DNA of 36,891 nt from Elainellaceae cyanobacterium (lineage in GTDB: Bacteria > Cyanobacteriota > Cyanobacteriia > CAZCXK01): positions 27,180-64,070 of the forward strand of contig JBNPEG010000035.1 in assembly GCA_051117555.1 (NCBI GenBank), in the 5' to 3' direction. The notes under the pieces were generated by a model. That model saw only the letters and a list, made by a program, of their open reading frames with translations, ran no database searches and was not told the origin of the DNA. A program made the translations under genes and the position numbers. Shown one piece after another: positions 1-10,684 of this stretch. How positions within the stretch are numbered: the stretch's first letter is position 1; each line of letters starts with the position of its first letter.

Positions 1-10
1 AGTTCGTATA

Positions 11-33
11 GCCGCCGATTTTAATCGGACGGC
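11..33. terminator. GC-rich hairpin downstream of cysK, possible terminator
   Basis: GCCG-CCGATT-tt-AATCGG-a-CGGC inverted repeat about 70 nt past the cysK stop; no clear U-tract. Confidence 0.35.
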
Positions 34-105
34 ACATGAGGACTATTGCAGATTATAAGCAAAGTAACTATAAATTCAGCGTCACATCACATATCAACCG
101 CTGCT

Positions 106-1089
106 CTAAACGGGTGACAACGGTTTATCACTAGTAGCCACATGAGTCCTCGGTTCTAAATCTCTAAATAGGACGGTGCTGAGATAGCGTTCGCCAAAGC
201 TAGGCTGAATCATGACAATCAGCTTTCCTTCATTGTCAGGACGCTTGCCGACTTTAATCGCAGCACACAGCGCCGCACCCGATGACAGCCCAGACAGCAA
301 CCCCTCTTCACGGGCTAGACGACGACCATAGGCGATCGCCTCGTCATCACTGACCATTATTACTTCATCAATCAAATCTGTCCTCAAGACGTCGGGCACA
401 AACCCAGCTCCGATGCCTTGAATCTTATGAGGGCCGGGTTGCCCTCCTGACAATATTGGGCTTCCCTGGGGCTCAATGGCGATCGCCTGCACGTTCGATT
501 TTCGCTGTTTCAGTACGTCCGCGACACCTGTGATGGTGCCCCCGGTCCCCACTCCAGCGATAAGAATATCGATCTGTCCGTCCGTATCATCCCAAATCTC
601 CTCAGCGGTCGTGTCTCGATGGATTTGAGGATTAGCAGGATTCTCAAACTGCTGCGGCATGAATGCATGGGGAATACTATCGGCTATCTGCATCGCCTCG
701 TTGATAGCGCCCTTCATGCCCGCCGAACCTGGCGTCAGGATGAGCTCGGCTCCATAGGCATTGAGCATAGCCCGACGTTCGAGGCTCATAGTGTCTGGCA
801 TCGTGAGAATGAGACGATATCCCTTAGCGGCAGCAACCATTGCTAAGGCAATCCCAGTGTTACCTGATGTTGGCTCAACGATAATGGTTCGGCTCGGGTG
901 AATTAAACCTGCCTCCTCAGCAACGCAAATCATATTTGCGCCAATGCGATCTTTCACAGATGCCCCTGGATTCATGCCTTCCAATTTGACCACCACACGG
1001 GCTAGGCATCCTTCCGCTTGAGGAATGCGGTTTAACTGCACCAGAGGAGTGTGGCCAATGAGTTTGGTGATGTCATGTGCGATTCGCAT
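106..1089 (-). CDS. cysK: Cysteine synthase A (O-acetylserine thiol-lyase)
   Basis: 327 aa; [20 protein letters not shown] (PLP lysine), [37 protein letters not shown]. Confidence 0.97.
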   Translation of the reverse strand: MRIAHDITKLIGHTPLVQLNRIPQAEGCLARVVVKLEGMNPGASVKDRIGANMICVAEEAGLIHPSRTIIVEPTSGNTGIALAMVAAAKGYRLILTMPDTMSLERRAMLNAYGAELILTPGSAGMKGAINEAMQIADSIPHAFMPQQFENPANPQIHRDTTAEEIWDDTDGQIDILIAGVGTGGTITGVADVLKQRKSNVQAIAIEPQGSPILSGGQPGPHKIQGIGAGFVPDVLRTDLIDEVIMVSDDEAIAYGRRLAREEGLLSGLSSGAALCAAIKVGKRPDNEGKLIVMIQPSFGERYLSTVLFRDLEPRTHVATSDKPLSPV

Positions 1090-1326
1090 AGAGTTTATTT
1101 TTAGCTTACGTCAGATCCTCAGCAGACCGACTCAGTCTTGAATACCCTGTAACGAAAATTTGTTTGTCAGGCCTCCATGGCGCAGCCCTCAACGACAAAA
1201 GAGACATAACCCATGTCATGCCCCTTTTGACTATCAATTTGAATATCAAACTGACGATTAGCCCCTGTCCATCGAGAAAATAGAGAGTTCGTCAATATCT
1301 ATAGCGGTATGCGCTTGAGATATGCG

Positions 1327-3018
1327 TCAGGATGCGCTACTGGTCACAGGCATTTCAGCCCGTGTTTTCTCAATGAGTGGCTTACCCTCAAAATACTCAG
1401 GGACAGGCACATCCATTAACGTCAGCACAGTGGCGGCTAGATCCAGCGAGTGTCCGTTAGGCAACTGAGTGCCCGGTTCAACGTGGGGACCTTTTGCGAC
1501 AAAGAATCCATCTGAACGATGGCTTCCGGTTCTTAAATACGGGACAGGACCAATTCGACCACAATCTGGGCAATCTACGACATCGGTCGTATGCTCCTCT
1601 TGCCAAATAACGACCAGATCGGCATCCGGTAATTTAGGATCATCGTCCAATGCTGACTGACGAGTGCGAATGACCTCTTTGACCATTGACGCGCCAGTTC
1701 GGGCATCTTTCATGCCATAAAGCTTCTGCGTGATTGACTCACAGAGTTCGTCATACTCTTCTGGAGACACAATTCCGTTCGCTTCTCTGCCTTTCAAATT
1801 AATGCGGACGTAACCTTCGGAGAAGCTCGGAATGGCAAATGCTTTCATTTCAGACCAAAACTGTTTGTACCACAGAGCAGGCTGGAAATAGAGCGAATCG
1901 CCTTCCCGTTGAAGCTGGAATGGAGATACGAGATCGGGGGTTTGAGGCTTGCCAAATAACGGCTGAATTCGGTCAAAAATCTTGGTCGGCAGTTTTTGAC
2001 GCAAGAATCGCTGAATCGGATTGGCGTCATGCTTCATGCTCCACATGGTGCCCAACCAACCCCGTTTTGCGCGAGGTCCAAAAATAGGATTGGGAGAGAT
2101 TTTGCCTCGTTTCCCGCGTGCCATCCCAACTTTTCCAGGGAAATTAAGCCGGAAAAGAAATTCTGGCAAGAAGAACATGCTGGGTAAGTCCATCACATTG
2201 GAGCCCATGCCGTGTGCCGCAAACACTAAAATCTGGGCATTCTCGGGAGCTTTGCTAATAATGTCGCCGATCGCCTTATCAACCGATTCAAAGACTGACA
2301 GCAGGGGATCATCCGGCGGCTTTGCCACAAGGTGATAGAGGGGATGGTCAGGCTTGCTTAGATGCCAAAAATAGTGCCCTGCCGCGTGGGTTTCGCCGAA
2401 GATGGTCAAAAACATATCCCAGGGTTCGCGCTGGAGGATGTCTTGGCAAATTTGTGCTCGTCGAGCGATCCCCGTTTCTAGTCCGTCTTGCAGGCGCTTG
2501 AGAGCCGAGAAATCGACGGTGCTGGCATGATCTCGACGCAACACGGGATGTTCGCCATATTGCTCAGTCACCTCTTTGAGAAGCGGTTCTGGGACGGAAA
2601 TGCTCGGCGTCATTGGCGCATGGGCACCCCATGCCAATACTTGTAAGCCATTGACTTGCTCAGAGAGTTGGGTATGGGGCATATCAAATACCGCAACCCG
2701 GCGATCGCCACAGAGAGAATAGAATGTCGGAAATTCGTCAAACTTATAGGCTTGAACTTCCTCTACGTCGTAGCTGTTGGGGTAAAACTTTAGAGGTGCC
2801 CAATATCCGGTTTGGCGAGGTGAGCAACCCGTCAAAAAAGTTGTCCACGGCGTTTCTGCCCGATAATACTCAAATGTTTTTAGTCGAGCATAGGCCCCTT
2901 GCTCGCGAAGGCTACGGAGATTTGGTAAATATCCTTGAGACATCCAAGCCTCAATCAAGTTTGGATCGGCGGCGTCTAAGCCAATAGCGATCACAGGATT
3001 AGTCATAATTCCTCCCAT
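1327..3018 (-). CDS. Alkaline phosphatase superfamily protein (type I phosphodiesterase/nucleotide pyrophosphatase-like)
   Basis: VIAIGLDAAD, LPNLRSL, WTTFLTG, ETHAAGHYFWH, AAHGM, VRINLKGRE, GSHRSDG, DLAATVL; start may be the second Met (MTNPV). Confidence 0.85.
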   Translation of the reverse strand: MGGIMTNPVIAIGLDAADPNLIEAWMSQGYLPNLRSLREQGAYARLKTFEYYRAETPWTTFLTGCSPRQTGYWAPLKFYPNSYDVEEVQAYKFDEFPTFYSLCGDRRVAVFDMPHTQLSEQVNGLQVLAWGAHAPMTPSISVPEPLLKEVTEQYGEHPVLRRDHASTVDFSALKRLQDGLETGIARRAQICQDILQREPWDMFLTIFGETHAAGHYFWHLSKPDHPLYHLVAKPPDDPLLSVFESVDKAIGDIISKAPENAQILVFAAHGMGSNVMDLPSMFFLPEFLFRLNFPGKVGMARGKRGKISPNPIFGPRAKRGWLGTMWSMKHDANPIQRFLRQKLPTKIFDRIQPLFGKPQTPDLVSPFQLQREGDSLYFQPALWYKQFWSEMKAFAIPSFSEGYVRINLKGREANGIVSPEEYDELCESITQKLYGMKDARTGASMVKEVIRTRQSALDDDPKLPDADLVVIWQEEHTTDVVDCPDCGRIGPVPYLRTGSHRSDGFFVAKGPHVEPGTQLPNGHSLDLAATVLTLMDVPVPEYFEGKPLIEKTRAEMPVTSSAS

Positions 3019-3654
3019 AGCTGTAAGGTCGGTGAGAGCAATGCACTTGCTCTGTGAATGTAGGGGGCAGAAGTCACGTCACGATCGGAAATCTTGAAGC
3101 ATCTGGTCGAGTCAGATATCGGTGACAGTAAAAACCGCAGATACACGACCCAACCGTAAGCATCTCCGAAGTCTTATCAAATCAAACAACACTGCACTCG
3201 CACTAGGGCGTATCCCTCCGCTTCATCGATTTCTTAAAGAGTCGGCGTGCAATTAAAAGGGAGTATTAAGATGATTTCCCCTCTATTCGGCTAATTTACT
3301 GAGTTTGATTCTAAAGCACCCTTCTCCATTTGACGGATTTTGCGGATACATTCTTACGGCTACTTCATATTTACTGCCTTTCGATGGTCGATATAGTTCT
3401 ACACACACTCGACGTGCTAACGCGAGAATATAGCCCTACGGACTCACCACCCGTTCAGCGTCATAACGCGAGAGTGTACGGCTATACAAGGCAATAGATC
3501 GATCTTGAAATGCGAGCTGTATTCTGAAGAAAGATGGATAAATGGACACTAGCTGATTAACTTGCTTCAAACTGAAACTAATAGGGGCTTACACTGCTCG
3601 AAACCTCTATAACGTGGGAATTTTTTCTGTCATTACGTAGAGACTCAAATTTTT

Positions 3655-4101
3655 ATGGCATCTGAACAAGACGTTCGCCAATACCTGGCATATTGGTTCC
3701 AACTGGGTAAGAAGGTGATGATCAATAATGGTCAGGTCGCTTATCAGCCTGACTCTATTATTCAGGGCGATCGCTACAGTACTGAGTTTGAACATTGCTG
3801 GCAACGCATTCGCAGCCCAGAGTCAGGTGACTGTTATTTAGAAGGAACAGATCAAACGGTTGGTCAACTGCTCTCAGATCAGTGGGAAGTTGACCCGTGT
3901 GCTCGGTGTGGGATGCCGATTCCAATTATCACGGTGGGAATGCCTTCCTCAAGCTGTCCCTGTAGCGATTTGCCATCATGGCCCAATGTGGATTTGCCTC
4001 AGCCGCGATCGCCCATTAGCAGCCGCGATCGCCTCAGCCAAATCCAATCTCGCCTGACACGCCAGTCATCAGTCCCAGCAGATTCGTCGTCAAATAATTA
4101 A
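3655..4101 (+). CDS. Conserved cyanobacterial hypothetical protein with Cys motifs
   Basis: 148 aa; MASEQDVRQYLAYWFQLGKKV start, CYLEGT, CARC, CPCSDLPSWPN. Confidence 0.8.
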   Translation: MASEQDVRQYLAYWFQLGKKVMINNGQVAYQPDSIIQGDRYSTEFEHCWQRIRSPESGDCYLEGTDQTVGQLLSDQWEVDPCARCGMPIPIITVGMPSSSCPCSDLPSWPNVDLPQPRSPISSRDRLSQIQSRLTRQSSVPADSSSNN

Positions 4102-4125
4102 ATTAACAACCCGTCTCACGATCTC

Positions 4126-4155
4126 TGCGGTGCTATTCAGATGAATACCACCGCA
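4126..4155. terminator. Hairpin between convergent genes, possible bidirectional terminator
   Basis: TGCGGTG-c-TATTC-agat-GAATA-c-CACCGCA between the stops at 4101 (+) and 4251 (-). Confidence 0.5.
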
Positions 4156-4250
4156 TTGCAGTATTGCATGACAGAGAAGACTGATTCGCACGGTTCACCG
4201 TGATAGGTTACACCCTGATTAACTGACACACACAGGCGTCGCTCTCAGAC

Positions 4251-5018
4251 TCATTGAAGAGAATATAAGCGTCCATCTCGCAACTGCACAACGGGGTGGT
4301 CTGACATTCGCACAAGCTGTTCATCGTGGGTCGTTACAATGACTGTGATGCCGATTTTGTTAAGCTTTTTAAAAATCTTAATGACCTGCCAGGAGTTTTC
4401 GGGATCTAGATTTCCAGTCGGTTCATCTGCCAAAAGCACAGGGGGAGTACTGACGATGGCCCGGGCAATGCTGACTCGCTGCTGCTCTCCTCCCGACAGC
4501 TGATCCGGAAAGCAATTGGCTTTGTCGTGCAGCCCGACCATCTTTAAGGTCGGCAACAAGCGCCGGTGAATTTCTTTGCGTGTAAACCCCTGTGCCCACA
4601 GCACAAAGGCAACATTTTCAGACACCGTTCGCCGAGGAATCAGCTTATAGTCCTGAAACACAATGCCAATCTGCCGGCGCAGCATCGATAACTGGCTTCC
4701 TCGCAACCGAGACACGCGCAGTCCATTGACGATGACATCCCCTTCAGTACTTTTTTCTTCTCCATATAGCAACTTCAAGAGAGTCGACTTACCTGCGCCC
4801 GATGAACCCGTCACAAACCAAAAATCTCCTCGTCGGACTTGCCAATTCACGTTTTGCAGTGCTTGGCTCCCGTTGTTATATCGCTTAGTCACTTGCTGAA
4901 AGCTGACAATGACACGAGATGCTGGATCTCGCCACTCTGGTACGGCGTTAGAAATGGTCGAATGCCCCGAAGCGCGAGACGGTATTCGCGAGGATGGATC
5001 AGTGGTGACAGAAACCAT
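4251..5018 (-). CDS. ftsE: Cell division ATP-binding protein FtsE
   Basis: Walker A GSSGAGKST, LRRQIGIVFQDYKL, LSGGEQQRVSIARA, LADEPTGNLDP. Confidence 0.92.
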   Translation of the reverse strand: MVSVTTDPSSRIPSRASGHSTISNAVPEWRDPASRVIVSFQQVTKRYNNGSQALQNVNWQVRRGDFWFVTGSSGAGKSTLLKLLYGEEKSTEGDVIVNGLRVSRLRGSQLSMLRRQIGIVFQDYKLIPRRTVSENVAFVLWAQGFTRKEIHRRLLPTLKMVGLHDKANCFPDQLSGGEQQRVSIARAIVSTPPVLLADEPTGNLDPENSWQVIKIFKKLNKIGITVIVTTHDEQLVRMSDHPVVQLRDGRLYSLQ

Positions 5019-5218
5019 AAGGATGAGAATGCACGATAGAGTTCAATTGGTCCACGTCTGAAAACTCAGACTATACTAAATCGAATGCATCGAGCTATAG
5101 CACTCACGGGAAGAAACGCTCTCCGAGGGCTTATTGTAATCGGTGTTGGTAAGGGAGTCACTAAATTTGTCAGTTTGTTGCATCTATCCCGCCATAAAAC
5201 GGCTAGCGAGATTTGTTA

Positions 5219-5959
5219 TCACCCCCTCGAGTAAACCAAGGCTCGCCATGCAAACTTAGGCAGCGCTAACATTCGGCGCCAACGCCACGGTTCTTGATAG
5301 AGTCGATACATCCATTCCAGATGGTTATTCCGAAACCAATCAGGGGCTCTGGTCTTGATCCCTGCCCAAATGTCAAAACTTCCTCCAACCCCAATCCAAA
5401 TGGAGTTGGGGGATAAATGACGGTGCTCCTCAATCCAAAATTCTTGACGAGGAACCCCCAGCCCAACCAAAATGATGGACGGTTGTAACGACGATAGGTC
5501 TTCGCAGACCTGGTGGTGTTCGTCCGCTGATAAATATCCGTGCTGAACTCCAGCGATCGCCAATTCTGGAAGCAATTTCTGCCAGCGATTGACCGCATTC
5601 TGAGCGACGCCGGGCGATCCGCCATAAAAGAACACGGTTGCAGGTGGGTTACACTGGCTGCTTCGCTTTAGAAGAGACTCAGCGAGTTCGATGCCGGGGC
5701 ACCGCTGGATGTGCCGATTGCGGAGCCAGAGATAGAACACTACTCCCGACCCATCGGGGACTACCAAATCTGCCTTGCGAATCACACGGGCTAGATCCGC
5801 ATTACGTTCAGCTTGAATCGACATCTCGGCATTCAGCGTCACCACGTGCGTTCCTCGATGGTGATGAAGCTGCGAGATGAGCCAACCCGAATAATCCTGT
5901 GTCAGGTGGACAGGTAATCCTAAAACATCTGCTTGTTCTAGAGTTTGGAGATCTGACAT
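5219..5959 (-). CDS. WecB/TagA/CpsF family glycosyltransferase
   Basis: VVTLNAE, PDGSGV, GIELAE, VGLGVPRQEFWI, GVGGSFD, RAP, LEWMYRLYQEPWRWRRM. Confidence 0.95.
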   Translation of the reverse strand: MSDLQTLEQADVLGLPVHLTQDYSGWLISQLHHHRGTHVVTLNAEMSIQAERNADLARVIRKADLVVPDGSGVVFYLWLRNRHIQRCPGIELAESLLKRSSQCNPPATVFFYGGSPGVAQNAVNRWQKLLPELAIAGVQHGYLSADEHHQVCEDLSSLQPSIILVGLGVPRQEFWIEEHRHLSPNSIWIGVGGSFDIWAGIKTRAPDWFRNNHLEWMYRLYQEPWRWRRMLALPKFAWRALVYSRG

Positions 5960-6041
5960 TGTAAGGAACTGTGCATCGTCTCACACCACCATTCATTATG
6001 AGGCGTGCCAGGGCAAATCGTACACGACAAATCGTACACAA

Positions 6042-6173
6042 TTAAGCGCATCGCTTGAGCGTACCATCTGCATAAAGCTCTAGTGGAACAATCTCCACCT
6101 TGCCGTTGACTCTTTCTTTTGAATAGACGATTTTGATGAGCGGTGATTGGTTTTGATTACGCCGACGAGACAT
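6042..6173 (-). CDS. Small basic protein, 43 aa (MSRRRNQNQSPLIKIVYSKERVNGKVEIVPLELYADGTLKRCA)
   Basis: ATG at 6173 has a perfect AGGAGG Shine-Dalgarno 6 nt upstream (6180-6185); the longer ORF-track call lacks such support. Confidence 0.7.
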   Translation of the reverse strand: MSRRRNQNQSPLIKIVYSKERVNGKVEIVPLELYADGTLKRCA

Positions 6174-6655
6174 GAGAAACCTCCTATACGCTGACCCAAA
6201 TGCAAACGAGCTTGCTATAGTCAAAAAAGTGAGAAAAATCTGGTTGCATGACGTTTCAATCTGAAGAATGCTCCTCAAACCTGACAGAGAACTCAGTAAA
6301 GATACTGACAAGTTTTGCGATAATGATTTGAAGATCTGAGGAGTAATACAAACCGAGAATTGGCATCTTCCCAGAATTTAAACTAGATTTCTGTCATCTC
6401 TCCCTGGGCGATCGCCTGCAACGTTCTCATCTTATTATTCTCGTTTCAATCCTCGATGTGCGATCGCGCGCGCTCATGCTACGCAGCTCAATCAAATCAA
6501 CATTCAAACACTAAAATTAGAAAAGTTTTCGAACGGTTCTCTGTCGAGCAGATTTCGAGAGAGAGTGGGTGTGACCAGACTCCTGGTTGTGTTCTGGTAT
6601 ACCATTATCTCCACTGTGTCCAGTTTGAATTCCGGAAATTTTTAATATACGCCTA

Positions 6656-9600
6656 ATGTCTACTCCCACTTCATTTTCAACTGGTGATTCTACCTACCGT
6701 CTATCTCTACTCTCCCTTCAAAATCGACTCGATGCCTATTATCAGGAAGTAAAGGGAGTCATCCTATCTCGACAAAATCCAGTCACTGGATTGTTCCCCG
6801 CTAGTACAGCCGTCAACACGCATGGCGACTACACTGACGCCTGGGTTAGAGATAATGTTTACAGTATTTTGGCGGTTTGGGGCTTGGCGTTAGCCTATCG
6901 CCGAGTTGATGATGACTGGGGTAGAACCTACGAGCTAGAGCACAGCATCGTCAAACTGATGCGGGGGTTGCTCTTTTCGATGATGCAGCAAGCGTCTAAA
7001 GTTGAGCGGTTCAAGGTAACCCAGGCTCCCCTTGATGCGTTACATGCGAAGTACAACACTCGAACGGGTGATACGGTCGTGGAGGATGATGGATGGGGGC
7101 ATCTCCAACTCGATGCCACGTCTATTTACCTGCTGATGCTCGCCCAAATGACGGCATCGGGGCTACAAATCATTTTCACTCTCGATGAAGTAAATTTTAT
7201 TCAAAACCTCGTCTATTACATCGGGCGCGCCTATCGTACTCCTGATTATGGCATCTGGGAACGGGGCAATAAGATTAATCATGGTAATCCAGAACTGAAC
7301 GCAAGTTCGGTTGGGATGGCAAAAGCGGCGTTAGAAGCCATGAATGGGTTTAATGTATTTGGAGTGCGTGGCAATCAAGCATCTGTTATTCACGTGTTGC
7401 CTGATGAAATTGCGCGGGCTCGGATTACGCTCGAATCCTTGCTACCCAGAGAGTCTGGCTCTAAAGAAGTTGACGCAGCGTTGCTGAGCATTATTGGATT
7501 TCCAGCATTTGCGATCGAAAATCCGGCACTCGTTGATCGGACTCGCACCAATGTTGTCCAAAAACTCCAAGGACGCTATGGCTGTAAGCGATTCTTACGA
7601 GACGGGCACCAGACGGTTTTAGAAGATGCGTCTCGGCTACACTACGAACCGTGGGAGCTTAAGCAATTTGAACATATTGAGTGTGAATGGCCTCTCTTCT
7701 TTACGTATCTGTTTCTGGATGCGTGGTTTAGGGGCGATCGCCTAGCCGCTGATGACTATTATCAAACGCTCGAAGGGCTGAGCGTCGATCGAGATGGATT
7801 TAAGCTTTTGCCCGAACTTTATTATGTGCCGGAAGCGGCAATTGGCTCAGAGCGCGAAAATCCGCATAGCCAAGTCCGACTGCCCAATCAAAATGTTCCG
7901 CTTGTGTGGGCACAAAGTCTTTACATGCTGGGCAAGCTGCTGAAAGAAGGTCTCATTAGCATTGGGGATGTTGATCCCCTCGGTCGACATCGTCAGTCCA
8001 ACTCGTATCGACAGTCTCTGGTGCAGGTGGCACTGCTTGCCGAAGATGATATGCTCCAAACCGAGCTCGCCACCTATGGCATCAATACGCAAACCCCCGC
8101 CCAACTCGAATCCATTCAGGTTCGCAAGCCAGGTGAGTTGTCTGCCATTTATGCCCAGATTGGTCGCAACGATGCGCTAGCGCTAAGTGGTCGCCCGAGT
8201 CGACGGCTCCGCAGTCTCACAACATCCAGAATATTTCGCATCGCGAATGATGTTGTCGTTTTCTTGCCGTCATTTCTTGACCAGCAGCAGTTTTACTTGA
8301 CACTCGACTACCATTTCTTGGTGGCGCAAATCAAAGGCGAACTGGCCTATATCCAAACTCACTGGCATGAACTCGGGCGCCCCACGGTGACCTTGCTGTT
8401 AACCCACACGATGTTTGAAGCAGGGCATAAAAATGAAACGGGTGCGTCAGGAATTGAGCGATCGCCCCTTCTAGAATTGATTAAACAGCTCCGCGATGGC
8501 AACTGCGAGGGGGTCGCAATTAAGGTTGAGCGATTAAATCAGCTCATGCTGACAGCTAAAACCGAGCGTATCGACCACATCCAGGATTTTCAATTTGCGC
8601 CTATTCAAGACGCAGCCCCCGCACCGCAATATTTAACCTTTTATCCTGATCGCAACTGGCCGCTCAGCAACACCCAGGAGTTTTTGCTGGAGTGTGAGAC
8701 CAATATTTCTCCGTTGCTGACGAGCTTACGCCAGTCACATAACCTATACGAGCAAATCGAGCTACTCGAAACCCTAGTTCATTTGCAAGGGCTAGAGTTT
8801 GATACTGGAATTGGCGGCCCAACTCAACGCGTGACCGTATCAGATTTGCTGAATGAGGTATACGACAAAGCCGCTCAAGTCGGGCTTTGGGCGGTGATTC
8901 GTCGAGCAGCAGGGTTGCTTAATAAAGTCGATATTGGTCTGTCGGATGCCGTGACTGATATTTTAGTTCGCCAAAAGCAAATTACAGTCGGCAAAGCCTA
9001 CAGCCAGGCGTCGCTGATTGATAAGCCGATGTCTCACGGCGAAATCATGGAGAGAATTAATGAATTTTGTGGGGAAGATATTCGCGATCGCCCGCTTACT
9101 CAAGAAATCTTGATTTATCTCAGCATCCTGATTAAAACCGATCCCCATCTTTTTGATGGACTGCTAACCTTGCGCGTCAGCTACTTAATCTTACTGGTGA
9201 CCAGCGAACTCGCCCAAGAACTTCAGATGCCGCAAGATGAAGCGTATGAACATCTCATGCAGCTTCCGCCCTTTGAAATTGAAAATCGGCTGCGTCAGGT
9301 CTTGGAAGGCTATGCCGGATTAAATCAAACCTTGTTCCGGCGAGAATCGTTGTCAATCAAACGAAGTGGCGCAATCCAATGGGTGGTCTTGCCTGAAGAT
9401 GAAGATCAAGACCCCTTTGGTGGAAGCTGGTGGCGACATCGGCAACGCGACGGCTCTCTCAACATGGTTCCCCAAGGGTTTTATCCAAAGGTTTGGACTG
9501 TTTTACAGCACTGCGAGGGAATCGTCATTGGCGACAAACTTGAGCGGCGTAACCGCTTAAACAGCGAGCTAATTTTGTCAGAAATGACACCGGGTGAGAA

Positions 9601-9973
9601 AAATTTTGCCCTCCGCATCGAGCATCTTTTAAATAAGATTCAGGCTCCTGAGTATCGACAGGTCAACGTTGAGGCGCTCACTGAGCTTGCCGCTATTGTA
9701 GAACGCAATCCAGACATTCTCATTGAAAGCAATATCGTGTTGGATATTTTGATTGGTCATGCGGTGCGGCTTGCATGGCTCGATCGTCATCCGGATCATC
9801 AGGATCGCTACGATGAATATAAAGTTCAGGCGTGGCGGTCGTTTTATGAAACGTCTCCGCATCGGTGTTCGAGCTATATTGCCAAAGCCCTGCAGTTCCT
9901 AATAGAAATCGGACAGGAGCATTCAGAGATGAACATCCCGTCCGAATCTAAAGTTGAAGAAACGTTAAACTAA
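6656..9973 (+). CDS. Glycoside hydrolase family 15 / phosphorylase kinase alpha-beta-like protein
   Basis: 1105 aa; [78 protein letters not shown]. Confidence 0.9.
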   Translation: MSTPTSFSTGDSTYRLSLLSLQNRLDAYYQEVKGVILSRQNPVTGLFPASTAVNTHGDYTDAWVRDNVYSILAVWGLALAYRRVDDDWGRTYELEHSIVKLMRGLLFSMMQQASKVERFKVTQAPLDALHAKYNTRTGDTVVEDDGWGHLQLDATSIYLLMLAQMTASGLQIIFTLDEVNFIQNLVYYIGRAYRTPDYGIWERGNKINHGNPELNASSVGMAKAALEAMNGFNVFGVRGNQASVIHVLPDEIARARITLESLLPRESGSKEVDAALLSIIGFPAFAIENPALVDRTRTNVVQKLQGRYGCKRFLRDGHQTVLEDASRLHYEPWELKQFEHIECEWPLFFTYLFLDAWFRGDRLAADDYYQTLEGLSVDRDGFKLLPELYYVPEAAIGSERENPHSQVRLPNQNVPLVWAQSLYMLGKLLKEGLISIGDVDPLGRHRQSNSYRQSLVQVALLAEDDMLQTELATYGINTQTPAQLESIQVRKPGELSAIYAQIGRNDALALSGRPSRRLRSLTTSRIFRIANDVVVFLPSFLDQQQFYLTLDYHFLVAQIKGELAYIQTHWHELGRPTVTLLLTHTMFEAGHKNETGASGIERSPLLELIKQLRDGNCEGVAIKVERLNQLMLTAKTERIDHIQDFQFAPIQDAAPAPQYLTFYPDRNWPLSNTQEFLLECETNISPLLTSLRQSHNLYEQIELLETLVHLQGLEFDTGIGGPTQRVTVSDLLNEVYDKAAQVGLWAVIRRAAGLLNKVDIGLSDAVTDILVRQKQITVGKAYSQASLIDKPMSHGEIMERINEFCGEDIRDRPLTQEILIYLSILIKTDPHLFDGLLTLRVSYLILLVTSELAQELQMPQDEAYEHLMQLPPFEIENRLRQVLEGYAGLNQTLFRRESLSIKRSGAIQWVVLPEDEDQDPFGGSWWRHRQRDGSLNMVPQGFYPKVWTVLQHCEGIVIGDKLERRNRLNSELILSEMTPGEKNFALRIEHLLNKIQAPEYRQVNVEALTELAAIVERNPDILIESNIVLDILIGHAVRLAWLDRHPDHQDRYDEYKVQAWRSFYETSPHRCSSYIAKALQFLIEIGQEHSEMNIPSESKVEETLN

Positions 9974-10152
9974 CGTGTAAAACGCCCCCTGCTCCGACGA
10001 GCACTTGCTTTTCGCTTGCGCTTTTCAGTGGGCGTTTCAAAGTGACGTTTGCGTTTTAGATCAGACAAAATTCCTGCTCTAGAAACTCGGCGCTTAAAGC
10101 GACGAAGGGCGGATTCGATACCTTCGTTTTCGCCAACGGTAACCTGAGCCAT
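9970..10152 (-). CDS. rpsU: 30S ribosomal protein S21
   Basis: [45 protein letters not shown]-like AGGGAG upstream. Confidence 0.97.
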   Translation of the reverse strand: MAQVTVGENEGIESALRRFKRRVSRAGILSDLKRKRHFETPTEKRKRKASARRSRGRFTR

Positions 10153-10173
10153 ACTGCACTCTCCCTACGCGAC

Positions 10174-10518
10174 CTAAAAGCGTCGAGAGTACCGATCATT
10201 TTGACGAGATGAGGAAAAGCCATCCCAATTATCACGCTTAGAGCCAGAACGACGGCGATCGCCACCGCGATTATTTTCGCGAGGCTTCGCTTTGTTCACT
10301 TTAATTGTGCGCCCCATCCACTCTGCACCGTCTAATGCATCAATTGCGGCTTGCTCTTCTGTGTCAGATGACATATCGACAAACCCAAATCCACGCATCC
10401 GACCGGTTTCCCGATCTGTGGGTAACTGGACCCGCTCTACTGTGCCATATTCAGAAAAGACAGTGGTCAAATCCTCCTGAGTTGCATCGAACGAAATATT
10501 ACCGACGTAAATTGACAT
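10174..10518 (-). CDS. rbp: RRM RNA-binding protein (cyanobacterial Rbp family)
   Basis: MSIYVGNI (RNP2), RGFGFVDM (RNP1), DGAEWMGR, KVNKAKPRE, G/R-rich tail; start placed at ATG 10518; directly upstream of rpsU. Confidence 0.95.
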   Translation of the reverse strand: MSIYVGNISFDATQEDLTTVFSEYGTVERVQLPTDRETGRMRGFGFVDMSSDTEEQAAIDALDGAEWMGRTIKVNKAKPRENNRGGDRRRSGSKRDNWDGFSSSRQNDRYSRRF

Positions 10519-10525
10519 ATCTGAT

Positions 10526-10596
10526 TCCCCGAACCGATGAAGTGCAGAGATCAAGATTCGGAGAAATGCCTGTGATAAACAAACTTCTTAACCGAA
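10526..10596 (-). promoter_or_regulatory. Conserved rbp 5'-UTR boxes (cold-regulation leader)
   Basis: Minus strand: TTCGGTTA (10596-10589), TTTGTTT (10583-10577), TCTCCGAA (10564-10557), TTCGGGGA RBS (10533-10526); matches my recollection of the box III/II/I/RBS pattern of cyanobacterial rbp leaders. Confidence 0.8.
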
Positions 10597-10684
10597 TTTA
10601 TATCTCTCTAGCAACGTTAGCACACAATTACAATGATGGAACATACCCCATCATTACGATGCGGTTCATATTTCTAAGATTGTG

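Noticed and set aside
6174..6311. 89-aa version of the small ORF
   Set aside because: Non-ATG start without SD; the internal ATG at 6173 has a perfect SD
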